A stretch of DNA of 64,000 nucleotides from NCBI GenBank assembly GCA_030390025.1, contig CM059431.1, forward strand, positions 152,274,001 to 152,338,000. Direction: 5' to 3'. The DNA comes from Squalus acanthias (taxonomy: Eukaryota). Every line of letters starts with the position of its first letter. The first letter of the stretch is position 1. The notes beneath the pieces were generated by a model. The model saw nothing but the letters and a program-made list of their open reading frames with translations. It was not told where the DNA came from and did no database searches. This document shows positions 12,321 through 22,856 of this stretch, one piece after another. A program made the translations under genes and the position numbers.

Positions 12321-13708
12321 AAATACAATCCAGCCAATTACGGCCTCATCAGTAAACTCTCAATCAGCAGTAAAGTGATGGAATTTGTCATCTATAGTGC
12401 AATCAAGCAACACTTAGTCGCCAATAACCTGCTCACTGATGCTCAGTTTGGGTTCTGCCAGGACCACTCTGCTCGAGACGTCATTTGAGCCTTGGTCCAA
12501 ACATCGACAAAGGAGCTGAATTCCAGAGGTGATGTGAGAGTGACTGCCCTTGACATCAAGGCAGCATTTGTCCGAAAGTGGCATCAAGGAGACATAGTAA
12601 AATTGAAGTCAATGGGAAGCGGGAAGGGGGAAACTCTCCACTGGCTGGAGTCATACTTAGCACAAAGAGAGATGGTTGTGGTGGTTTGGGTTCAATCATC
12701 ACAGCCCCTGGACATCGCTGTAGAAGATCCTCAGGGAAGGGTCTTGGTTCAGCCATCTTCAGCTGCTTCATCAATGACCTGCCCTCAATCATAAGGTCAG
12801 AAGTGCGGCTGTTCGCTGGTGACTGCAGAGAGTTCAGTGCCATTCGCAACTCCTCATAAAATGAAGCAGTCCATGCCCGCATGCAGCAAAATCTTGACGG
12901 CATTTAGGATTGGGCTGATAAAAGGCAGGTAACATTCGCGCCACACAAGTGCCAGGCAATGACCATCTCCAACAAGCGAGCATCTAAAAACCGGCCCTTG
13001 GCATTCAACGGCATTACCATCGCTGAATTACCCACCATCAATATCCTGAGGGTCACCAATCACCAGAAACCTAACTGGACCAAACAACATAAATACTTTC
13101 GCAACAAGAGCAGGTCAGAGGCTGTGTATTCTACGTCGAGTGTATGACCCACCAAAGTATTTCAACAATCTACAAGGCACAAGTCAAGAGTGTTATGGAA
13201 TACTTTCCACTTGTCTGGATTAGTGCAGCTTCAACACACTCAAGAAGCTCGACACCATACAAGTCAATGTAGCCCGCTTACTTGGCACTCCCTCCAACAC
13301 CGTAATTCATTCCCTCCACCATCGGAGTACCGTGGCTGTCGTGTGTACCATCTGTAAGATACACTGCAGCAACTCGCCAAGGCTTCTTCGGCAGCACCCC
13401 CCAAACCCATGAACTCTAACAACTAGAAGGACAAGAGCAGCAGACGCATCGGAACACCATCACCTCCAGGTTCCCCTTCAGGTCACACAACATTCTGACT
13501 TGGGAATATATCGCCGTTCCTTCTTCATCACTGGGTCAAAATCCTGGAACTTCCTCCCAATGAGCACTATGGGAGTACCTTCAGCACGCGGACTGCAGAG
13601 GTTCCAAAAAGCGTTTCAACACCTTCTCAACGGCAAATAAGGATGGGCAATAAATGCGGGCCTCGCCAGTGACGCCCGTATCCCATGAAGGAATATTTTT
13701 TTTTTTTA
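12319..13708 (+). mobile_element. CR1-group (Zenon-like) LINE fragment, duplicate of 585-1981
   Basis: QFGF, LDIKAAF, WHQG, LFAGD motifs; same 3' junction with the satellite as at 585. Confidence 0.85.
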
Positions 13709-13711
13709 GCA

Positions 13712-16110
13712 TCAATTCACCACCAGTAATTTTAGATTAGGGTCATCAACAGTGATGTTAGAGTAGAGTCACCACCAGTAATGTTAGAATTGTGTTCCCC
13801 CAGTAATGCTAGAGTAGACTCACCACCAGTAATGTTAGAGTAGAGTCACCACCAATAATGTTGAGGTAGACTCCGTATCATTAATGTTAGTGTAGAGTCA
13901 CCACCAGTAATGTTAGAGTAGAAGCATCATCAGTCAAGTTAAAGTAGCGTCACCACCCATAAGGCTGGAGTAGAGTCATCGCCAGTAAGCTTAGCGTATT
14001 GTCCCCACCAGTTAAGTTGGACTAGAATCATCTCCAGAGCTGTGTCACAACCACTAATGTTGGAATATGTTATCCACCATTAAAGTTAGAGTAGGGTCAT
14101 TACCAGTGATGTTAGAGTCGTGTCACCACCCGTAATGATATGATAGAGTCCTCATCAGTAATGTTAGAGTGGAGTCACCGGCAGTGATTTTAAGTAGGGT
14201 TCTCAAAATACTTTTAGAGTAGAAGCACCACCAGAATTGTTCGTGTATATTCAAAACCAGTAATGTTAGAGGAGAGTCACCACCTGTAATGTTAGATTAC
14301 GATCACCACAAGTTTTGTAAAAGTCGGTTCACCACCAGTAATGTTCGAGTATAGTCACCACTAGTAAATTAGAGTAAGGTCACCTCCAGCAACGTTGGAA
14401 TAGAAGCACCACCAGTATTTTTAGAGTAGTGTTATCACCAATAATGCTTGAGTCGAGTCATCATCAGTAATGTTAGTTTAGGGAGACCAACAGTAATGTT
14501 AGAGTACGGTCACCAACAGTAATGTTAGAGTGGGGGCACCACCAGTTATGTTAAAGTAGGGTCACCAACAGTAATGTTAGAGTAGGGTCACCACCAGTTA
14601 TGTTAGAGTAGGGTCACCACCAGTTATGTTAGATTAGGGTCACCACCAGTAAAAATAAAGTAGAAGTACCACCAGTCATGTTAAAGTAGGGTGACCACCA
14701 GTAGTGCTAGAGTCGTGTCATCGCCAATAAGGTTAGCGTATTGTCTCCACCAGTTAAGTTAACTAGACTCACCAACAGAGCAGTGTCACAACCAGTAATA
14801 TTAGAATATGGTCTCCACAATGAAAGTCACAGTACGGTCATAACCAGTAATTTACGGGGGTCGGGTTATCACCGGCAATGCTAGTATAGAGTCCTCATCA
14901 GTAATGTTAGAGTGGAGTCACCAGCAGTGGTGTTAAGTAAGGTCCTCACCAGTAATGATAGTGTAGAAGCACCTCCAGTATTCTTGGGGTAGATTCAACA
15001 CCAGTAATGTTAGTGGAGAGTCACCACCAGTACTGTTAGATTATGATCACCAACAGTAATGTTAGAGTCGGGTCAGCACCACTAACGTCAGAGTAGTGTC
15101 ATCACCAATAATGTTTGAGTAGGGTCATCATCAGTAATGTTAGAGTAGGGACACCAACAGAAATGTCAGATTAGGGTCACCACTAGTAATGTTAGAGTAG
15201 AGTCACCAGCAGTACTGTTAGAGTTGTGACAATACCAGTGATGCTACAGCAGAGTCACCACTAGTAATGTTAGAGAAGAGCAACGACCAGTAACGTTAGA
15301 GTAGAAGTAATGTTAATGAAGGGTCATCACCAGTAATGCTAGAGTAGCGTCACCTCCAGTCATGTTAGTTTATGATTACCACCAGTAATGTCAGAGTAGA
15401 GTCAGCAGCAGTAATGTTAGTTTATGATCACCATCAGTAAGGCCAGAATAGTGTCATCAGCAATACTGTCAGAGTAGAGTGACCAACAGTAATGTCAAAC
15501 TAGGGTCACCAACAGAAATGTTACAGTAGAGTCACTACCAGTAAGGATAGAGTAGAGTCACCACCAGTAATGACACAGTAGCGTCATCACCAGTAACGTA
15601 AAAACAGAGTCACCACCAGTAATTTTAGAGTAGGGTCACCACCAGTAAGGTTAGAGTAGGGTCATCACCAGTATTTTAGAGAAGAGTCACCACTGGTAAT
15701 GATAGAGTAGAGTCACCACCAGTAATTTTAGAGTAGAGTCAAAACCAGCAATGTTAGAGTAGGGGCAGCAGCAGTAATATAAGAGCAGAATCACCACCAG
15801 TAACGTGAGAATAGAGTCACCACCAGAAATGTTAGGGTAGTCTCACAAACAGTAATGATACAGTACAGTCAGCAACACTAATGTTAGAGTAGGTTCATAT
15901 TCAGTAATTTTCGAGCAGAGTGACAACCAATAATGTTAGAGTAGACTGAACACCAGTAAGGTTAGCGTAAAGTCACCACCAGTAATCTTAAAGTAGGGTC
16001 ACCACCAGTAAGGTTAGAGTAGAGTCACCACCACTAAATGTAGAGTCGGGTCATCACCATTAAGGTTACAGTTGCGTCAACAACAGTAAGGTTAGAGAAG
16101 GGTCACCTCC
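13712..16110 (-). repeat. 26-bp satellite array (~2.4 kb) directly upstream of GPCR copy 1
   Basis: (AGAGTCACCACCAGTAATGTTAGAGT)n on the + strand. Confidence 0.95.
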
Positions 16111-16392
16111 ATTTTTCATCATGGTGCAAAGCTAAATTTAACTGTCCAATGGATGAGTTAAGATTTCACGAATTATTACGCGGGAGCATTAACCGAACGC
16201 AGTACCCGTGGTGGGCAGTTCCCTTCGGGGATCACGGTGCTGGTGCCCAGTACAATCCATCTGCTGTGAGTTCCCGTTCATTCATTTGAATTGATTGGGT
16301 ATCATGAACTGAGTTCAAAAATGTCCCCTTTGTTGTCCCAGGCACACTGAAGTGGAAAATCTTGCCTTGTTGGTTAAGTGACTGTAACTAAC

Positions 16393-16445
16393 GCCAATTG
16401 TCGAGTGACTAATAGTCTCACTGGGGCACCGAGCTTTCTATAAAA
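16393..16445 (+). promoter_or_regulatory. Putative Pol II core promoter of GPCR copy 1
   Basis: GCCAAT at 16393 and TATAAAA at 16439-16445, ~80 nt upstream of ATG 16524; conserved in copy 2. Confidence 0.6.
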
Positions 16446-16523
16446 GGAGAGTGTTTATGGATCGCATGTATACTCTGACGCTAACCATACTGCCGGACAG
16501 AAGTCACATATTCTTCTAAAAAA

Positions 16524-16593
16524 ATGTTACTGTCAACAATTCAAATGGTCAGCATCATTTACTATCCTGCTCTCGCAGCCTTTGGCATTCCCG
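16524..16593 (+). CDS. GPR139-like GPCR copy 1, coding exon 1 (MLLSTIQMVSIIYYPALAAFGIP; not in ORF track)
   Basis: Encodes the first half of TM1 (YYPxLAxxGxP); a phase-1 join to exon 2 gives GIP-ANLL; donor reads G|TTAAGT. Confidence 0.75.
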
Positions 16594-17462
16594 TTAAGTC
16601 AGTGAATGCTGTTGTCTGATGGCTGCAGACTATCTCAGTGTTAATGATTATGTAATGATTCCCAGAATGTCCTCATTGCAGGGTCACTTATCCATCGGGA
16701 TAAGTTGGCGAATGTCAGTGGCAATCCAACCAGTCCACGCGGCTGGTGAGGCTGGTCGGTAGATCGTTGGTGCCGGGCGCTCGCCTTTCTTTCCTGTACT
16801 GAGGGAGGGTGAAGCTGACATTCCCCGGCTCCTCCAACAATATAGAGATCAGTACAGGATGTGTTTCTTCCAGTGGATAGTAATCACATCAGTTTTACAA
16901 TTGTACCCTGTTTATTTTACGTTGATAATTGCTCGAACTGCAGTAACCTCCACCCAACAGGGTACTTTGAAAGATACTTTGGCAACAGTTGCCTCTCAGG
17001 GAGCTGCTCCACTCCTCTCGGCTGCAAAGAACCTTACCCTCTCCACCAGCTCCCGCTCTGTTACCGAGCAGCTCCCAGTCCCACCCATCCCCACCCCCCG
17101 ACTCCCTTCCCCCACCCCACTCCAGGGAGATTGTACATAGAAAATGCGCAGAGTTTCAACCTAAATTCAATGATGTTCTCGCAACTGTATGCTTCGTTTG
17201 AATTCATATCTTTGCAGTAACTGCTGCGAAATTATATTTAATATTTGACGATGGCTGTCTGAAGTCTGCAGGGAAGTGCGGCGGATTTTCAGTCCCTCTA
17301 TATTGAGTGTTCAATGTTTATTTTTAAACGTTTTTCGTTAACGATCGCCTATATAATTAAAAATCCGCCTGCACAGGGACACATCTGCACATTTCCCCAC
17401 AATAAGGTGTGAGATTTATCCGAGTGTGGCCGTTACTGACCGCTTGTCCCTCTTTCTTACAG

Positions 17463-18364
17463 CGAACCTACTGACAATCGTGATTCTGTCCGGAGGAAAA
17501 TGCGGTCTTTCCATAGGTATCTCGGTCTATATGGTGGCCATGGCAATAGCAGATCTACTGGTCATGATCATCAATGTACTGCTGCACCGCGTTTTTACAT
17601 ATCACTTTCCTCATTCATTCTTCGGCTACATTGCCGTCTGTAGGTTACTTATATACTTGAATGCTGCTGTCCTCGATATGTCCGTGTGGTTTACCGTCAG
17701 CTTCACATTTGACCGCTATGTCGCGATAAGTTGTGAGAAGTTTAAATCGAAATATTGCACAGTGAGAACTGCGGCCGCCGTAATAACAACGGTCTCTGTT
17801 CTGCTCTGGTTGGACAATATTCCCTATTCGTTCGCATATGAAACTGCAGGAATCATTGATAATATTCACTGGGGTTGCCGCTTGAAAATGGACTTCTTCA
17901 CCTCCCCTGCAGGTACAGCATTTGTCTGGTTAGAAACTCTTTTAACTGCAGGGCTTCCTTTTGCTTTGATATTACTGTTTAATGGTTTGACAGTCAGACG
18001 GATTTTAGTGGCCAGTAGAGCCCGCAGAAGACTCCGGGGTCACAGCAGTGAGAGTCAGAGCGATCCAGAGATGGCGAGCCGGAGGAAATCCATCATTTTA
18101 CTGTTCAGTGTATCGAGCAGTTTTATATTGTTGTGGCTGACAGCTGTCGGTAGTTATTTGATGAACTCCCTGGTCATTTATGAACGACCCGATTATACAT
18201 CTGCTGCATACATCGCCTCTACAAGCGGATTTATGCTCATGTATTTGAGCTCCTGTACAAACAGGTGCATTTATGCAGCGACCCAAACCAAATTCAGGGA
18301 AGAGATGGTGAGATTAGTGAAATCTCCCTGGACATTGATTCGGAACTTGGTTAACAAAATATGA
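17463..18364 (+). CDS. GPR139/GPR142-like class A orphan GPCR copy 1, exon 2 (323 aa spliced); possibly a pseudogene
   Basis: Branch point TACTGAC, pyrimidine tract and CAG acceptor at 17462; ADLL, FTFDRY, ECL2 WGC, LPF, NxCIY motifs; 7TM hydrophobic pattern; ORF uninterrupted. Confidence 0.9.
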
Positions 18365-18539
18365 AGATCAAACCAGAGCTTCCTATCCTAACTAGAGCTT
18401 AATTGCGGATCGTGTTCAGTTTTAGAATGTCGTTCTTTCAGTTTGGACGAAAACGAGTTTATTGTTGCGAAAATCAACTGGTTTCCGGAAACATTTCTTC
18501 AATTTTGTGCCGTGTGTTTGATGTCTGCTGCTTTCCCCA

Positions 18540-21160
18540 GGTGTACATTATCGTTTCTAACCTATCCAAGCCGTCATAATCTTGTACACCACTATCAAAT
18601 CACCCCTCAACCTCCTTTTCACTAATAAAAACAAATCCTGCTTCTCCAACCTGTCCTTCTAGATAAGATCCCCATTTCCCGGAACCATTCTGGTGCATTG
18701 TCAAACACCTGCTGAACATCTATGTCGACAACATCCAATGTATTCCCTTCATCAATCCTCTCTGTTACTACATTAAATAATTCCATTAGATTCGTCAAAC
18801 ACGATCAGCCTTTTACAAATCCGTGTTGGCTCTCCTTAATTAGCTTAAACCTCTCCAAGTGCCTGTTATTTTTTCCTTGATTACTTGTTTCTAAACTTTA
18901 CCCACCACTGATGTTAAACTGACCGGCCTGTAGTTACTAGGATTGTCCTTACACACTTTCTTGAACAATGGTGTCACATTTGCCACTCACCAAACTTCAG
19001 GCACATCCTCCACATCAGGGAAAACTGGGAAATGAAGGTAAGCCTTACCGCTATCTCCTCCCGCAATTCCCTTATCAACCTGGGATGCAAACCTTCTGGA
19101 CCAGGTGTCTTTTCCACTATAAATATACGCAGCCTTTCTTGTACATTCTGTTGATCAATTCGCACTTATTCCATTGCTTACAACTTTACCACTTCTACCG
19201 ATATTGGCCCAGAAATTAAACATCGATGGTTGCATCGGTGGTAAGGAGCCCCCGCGATATCGCACTCCGCGCCTGCCTTTATGGTTTTGGCCCACACGAA
19301 CTTCAATTCGAGGGCCTCTCCCTGGTGCCGGTGCGCAGTGTGTGCGTGTCCCAGAGGCGCAATTTGTTCCGGCGACCTCTGGGATCACGTGGGCCAGTTA
19401 GAGCCAATGGCAGCACACCATCTTTCATTCATAGTTTTGACAGGAGAACTGTCAAAGCTATGAATACAACAAGCCCCCAAAAAAACAGCTAAACCTCAAT
19501 TAAATTTAAAAAAGGCGGCACATTAATAAAATAACTATAGTTAAATAAATTAACCTCTTTAAACAAAAAATTTAATTTTTGAAAAAAATTAAATTCTTTT
19601 TAAAAGTTATAAAAATAAACTTACCTTTCTTTAAAGTCTCTAAAAAAGATAAACCTGTTGACATTTATTTTAAATAACACTTAATTAACTACATAACTTG
19701 TTAAAAGGGGGTCTGACGCCTGCTTTCTTCATGTGTAAAATATCCAACACTCAGCTGCGTGTTCAAACCTGAAAAAAAAACTGAGTGCACTGCGTGCGCG
19801 CAACCTGTAGTGCGCACGCGGTTCACTTAGGAACCGCCCCCCTCGCCATACACGAAGTGAAGGTTCCCCGCGCATGCGCAGTGCATGCAGGAAACCGGCA
19901 CTTTGGGACCTAATACGCGAGAGTACACACTGCGTACTCACCCGCATTAGGTCTAATTTACGGGCCATTGCGTCAACAGCCACCTCTTTAGTAAACACCG
20001 ATACAAAGTAATCACTGATATACTAGCCTTGTCCAGCGCCTCTAAGCATATATCGCCTTCTTTGTCTCTAATAGACCCGACCCCGCCTCTTCCTACCACT
20101 TACTCTTTACAAGCCAATCGAAGATTTTTGGGGTCCCTTTTATGTTACCCGCCATTCTATTCTCATGTTCTCTCTTTGCCAATCTTATTTTCATCTTCAC
20201 TTCCACTCTCAACTAATTGTATTTGTTCTCCTTCCTCCTTGAATAATTCACCTGATATGCATCATAAAACCTCTTTTTCTGTTTCATCATCTTCTCTATC
20301 TCCCTCGTCATCCAAGGAGCCCTTGCTTTTCTTCCCTTACGCTTCCCTCTTGTTGGAATGTACCCAGCCTGTACTTGGAACAAATCCTCCTTTAAGATAA
20401 CCCGTTGTTCCCGTAAAGTTTTTCCTGTCAGCCTTACACTGGTCAGAACTTTTCGCATCCCATTGAAGTTAGCCCTAATCCAGTTTAGAAGTTCCACCCT
20501 AGATTGTTCCTTGCTCCATTCCATTGCTAATCGAAACCTTATGATATAATAATCACTCGGACCCAAGTCTTCTCCCACAGACACTAGGTCCACCTGGCCC
20601 ACCTCATTCCCAGCGTCAGATCCTCCCTAGTTGAGCCAAAAACATACTGGTCAAGGAAAATCTCCTGAACACATTTCAGAAATTCCTCCCCCACGTTTCC
20701 CTTTACCCTAGCATCATCCCAATCGATATGTGTGTCATTAAAGTCGTCCAATATGACCACACTACAGCTCTTGCATATCTCTGCGATATACGGGCAGATT
20801 TGCTGCTCTACCTCCCTCTCTCTATTTGGAGGCCTGTAGAATACCCCCAATAGCTTGATCATACCCTTGTTGCTCCTCAATTCTAACAGAATGGATTATG
20901 TCCTTGTCGCCTCAAGAACATACTCCTTTTCCACCACTACAATGTCTTCTTAGCCAGCACTGCCACCACACCTCCATTTTTTCTTTCCCTGTCTTTTCTG
21001 AACAACGTGTACCCTTGAATGTCAAGTGTCCTGTCCTCGCCGTTTTTAAGCCACGTTTCCATTATTGCCACAACATCATCTTGCCACACGACTAATTCTG
21101 CTTATTGCTCACCAACCTTATTCATCACACCTTCTGCGTTTACGTACATGCATTCTAAAA
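18540..21160 (-). mobile_element. Decayed CR1 LINE ORF2, interrupted by a MITE
   Basis: GVFYRPP, PGPEGLHPRL, KAPWMT-like motifs; paralog at 45750-47580. Confidence 0.85.
19206..19966 (-). mobile_element. PIF/Harbinger-type MITE, second copy (761 bp)
   Basis: TIRs GGCCCAGAAATTA...TAATTTACGGGCC; TSD ATT (19203-19205 / 19967-19969); empty site at 46372-46374. Confidence 0.92.
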
Positions 21161-21366
21161 TCAGTTTTGTTTTTTTTGTAGTATTTCTTAGTCTGCTCCT
21201 ATCTAATATGGTAGTACTTCCGCCTCCCGTACTACTTTCTTCTCCAACACACTCACTCTTTTATGCACATTATTCCTCTATTCTACTCCTGCATGATGGT
21301 GCCCATCTCTCTGCCAAGTTAGGTGAAACCAACTGAAAGACGCTGTGATATAAGAAAAAGGCGCGA

Positions 21367-21439
21367 GCCCAGATAGCTCAGTCGGTGAAACATCAAGCTT
21401 TTAACCTGAGGTTGCAGGGTTCAAGTTCCTGTCCGAACG
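21367..21439 (+). pseudogene. tRNA-Lys(UUU) pseudogene
   Basis: 73 nt with ~13 mismatches to vertebrate tRNA-Lys-TTT (GCCCGGATAGCTCAGTCGG...); TTT anticodon; broken acceptor stem; TTTT downstream. Confidence 0.85.
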
Positions 21440-21835
21440 CTGCTTTTATATCCAAATTCTCAATGACATCTTCCACGTTACCCCCTGAAGCACAAACCAT
21501 TCATGCTCATCTCATTAACATAATTGAAAGATTTGTCACAGTGGCTGTGCTTTAAACACATTGAGCTGTAGTTTCGAGATGGTAATTTCTATGTTCATGC
21601 AGCCCCAAGAAACACCTGCATTTCAAGCTGCTCTTCCCTGTTGTCTCAATAAAACAGCTTAATATGTGTTGCATATTTGTCACAACACCTGAATTTTGAA
21701 ATCTATTACAATCTAGTATTTATTTAATCTCTATTAAACCGTTGCAAGTAAACGCATGATTCTTTTGATGGGGTATTTTCTGATATCACTGCTTTTAAGT
21801 GTAAACTTCAGTGTTGTATTCATTGTTAAAAGGAG

Positions 21836-21907
21836 CGCCACAACAGGACTTGAAGTCTAGACCCTCAGATCAAATATCGAATGCCCTACCGGCTGTGCTA
21901 TCCAGGA
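21836..21907 (-). pseudogene. tRNA-Lys-derived pseudogene, convergent with 21367
   Basis: cgcc..aacaggacttgaa..accctcagat..taccggctgtgctatccagg matches the reverse complement of tRNA-Lys. Confidence 0.7.
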
Positions 21908-21909
21908 CT

Positions 21910-22855
21910 ACATCCACTACTTCCAGCCACTCCAGTCAGCGGAAACAATCTCTCAGCATCTACCCTGTAAATCCCCTTCTCAATATTGTATGTTTCAATG
22001 AGATCACCGCTCATTCTTCTAAATTCCAGCGAGTACAGACCCATTCTATATAATCTCTCATCATAGCACAGCTCTCTCATCTCAGGGATCAATCCAGTGA
22101 ACATTTGGTTTTACCGCCTCCAAGGCAAGTATATCCTTCCTTAGATTAGCAGATCTAAACTGTGCACAGTACTCCATGTGTGGTCTCACCAAGGCCCTGT
22201 ACAATTGAAGCAAGACTTCCTTACTCTTGACTCCAAACCCCTTGCAATAAAGACCAATATGCCATTTGCCTTCCTTATTGCTTGCTGTAGTTGCATGCTA
22301 GTTTTCAGTGTTTCTTGCATGTAAACACCAACATCTCTCTGAACACCATCATTGAAAAGATTCTATTCACTTGAAAAATGTTATGTTTTTCTATTCTTCC
22401 AACAAAAGTGAATAACCTCACATTTCCCGACATTATCCTCCATCTGCCAACTTACTGGCCACTCACTTAGTCTATCTATATCCCTTTGCAGACTTGTTGT
22501 GCTCTCCTCACAGCTTACTGTCCCGCCTAGCTTTGTATCTTCAGTAAACTTGGATACATTACACTCGGTCCCGTCATCTAGGTCAAAAACATAGATTGCA
22601 AGTAGCTGAGCCTCCAGCACTGAACCTTACGGTACTCCACTAGTTATAGCCTACCTAACTGAAAAATAACCGTTTTTCCAAATCTATTTTTTCTGTACGT
22701 TATCCAATCCTCTATCTATGCTACTATATTACCCCAAACCCATGATAACTTACCTTGTGCAATATAATTTTATGTGGCACCTTATCGAATGCCTTTTAGA
22801 AATCCAAATATACTACATCCACTAGTTCCCCTTTATCTACACTGCTAGTTACATT
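21910..22855 (-). mobile_element. CR1 LINE 3' part; host of a nested insertion, continues at 26372-26650
   Basis: SKFTEDTKLGG, VVYLDF motifs; sequence resumes after the nested element. Confidence 0.85.
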
Positions 22856-22856
22856 A

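Noticed and set aside
16200..16253. Possible pseudoknot with a cUUCGg hairpin (ccgtg/cacgg, tgggca/tgccca), HDV-ribozyme-like helix order, also at ~43385
   Set aside because: Lacks the HDV L3/P1.1 and catalytic J4/2 nucleotides; conservation is explained by the duplication and no covariation is seen
16859..17220. Short overlapping ORFs in the receptor intron (also 43946-44424)
   Set aside because: No recognisable domain; frames are not preserved between paralogs across the C-rich tract
17426..17462. ORF-track N-termini MAVTDRLSLFLT / MPVTDRLSLFLT (GTG starts at 17426 and 44633)
   Set aside because: This is intron 3' sequence (branch point, pyrimidine tract, CAG); the TM1 N-terminus is encoded by the upstream exon 1
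21367..21439. Functional tRNA-Lys genes
   Set aside because: Even the best copies have mismatched acceptor or D stems; called pseudogenes pending tRNAscan-SE
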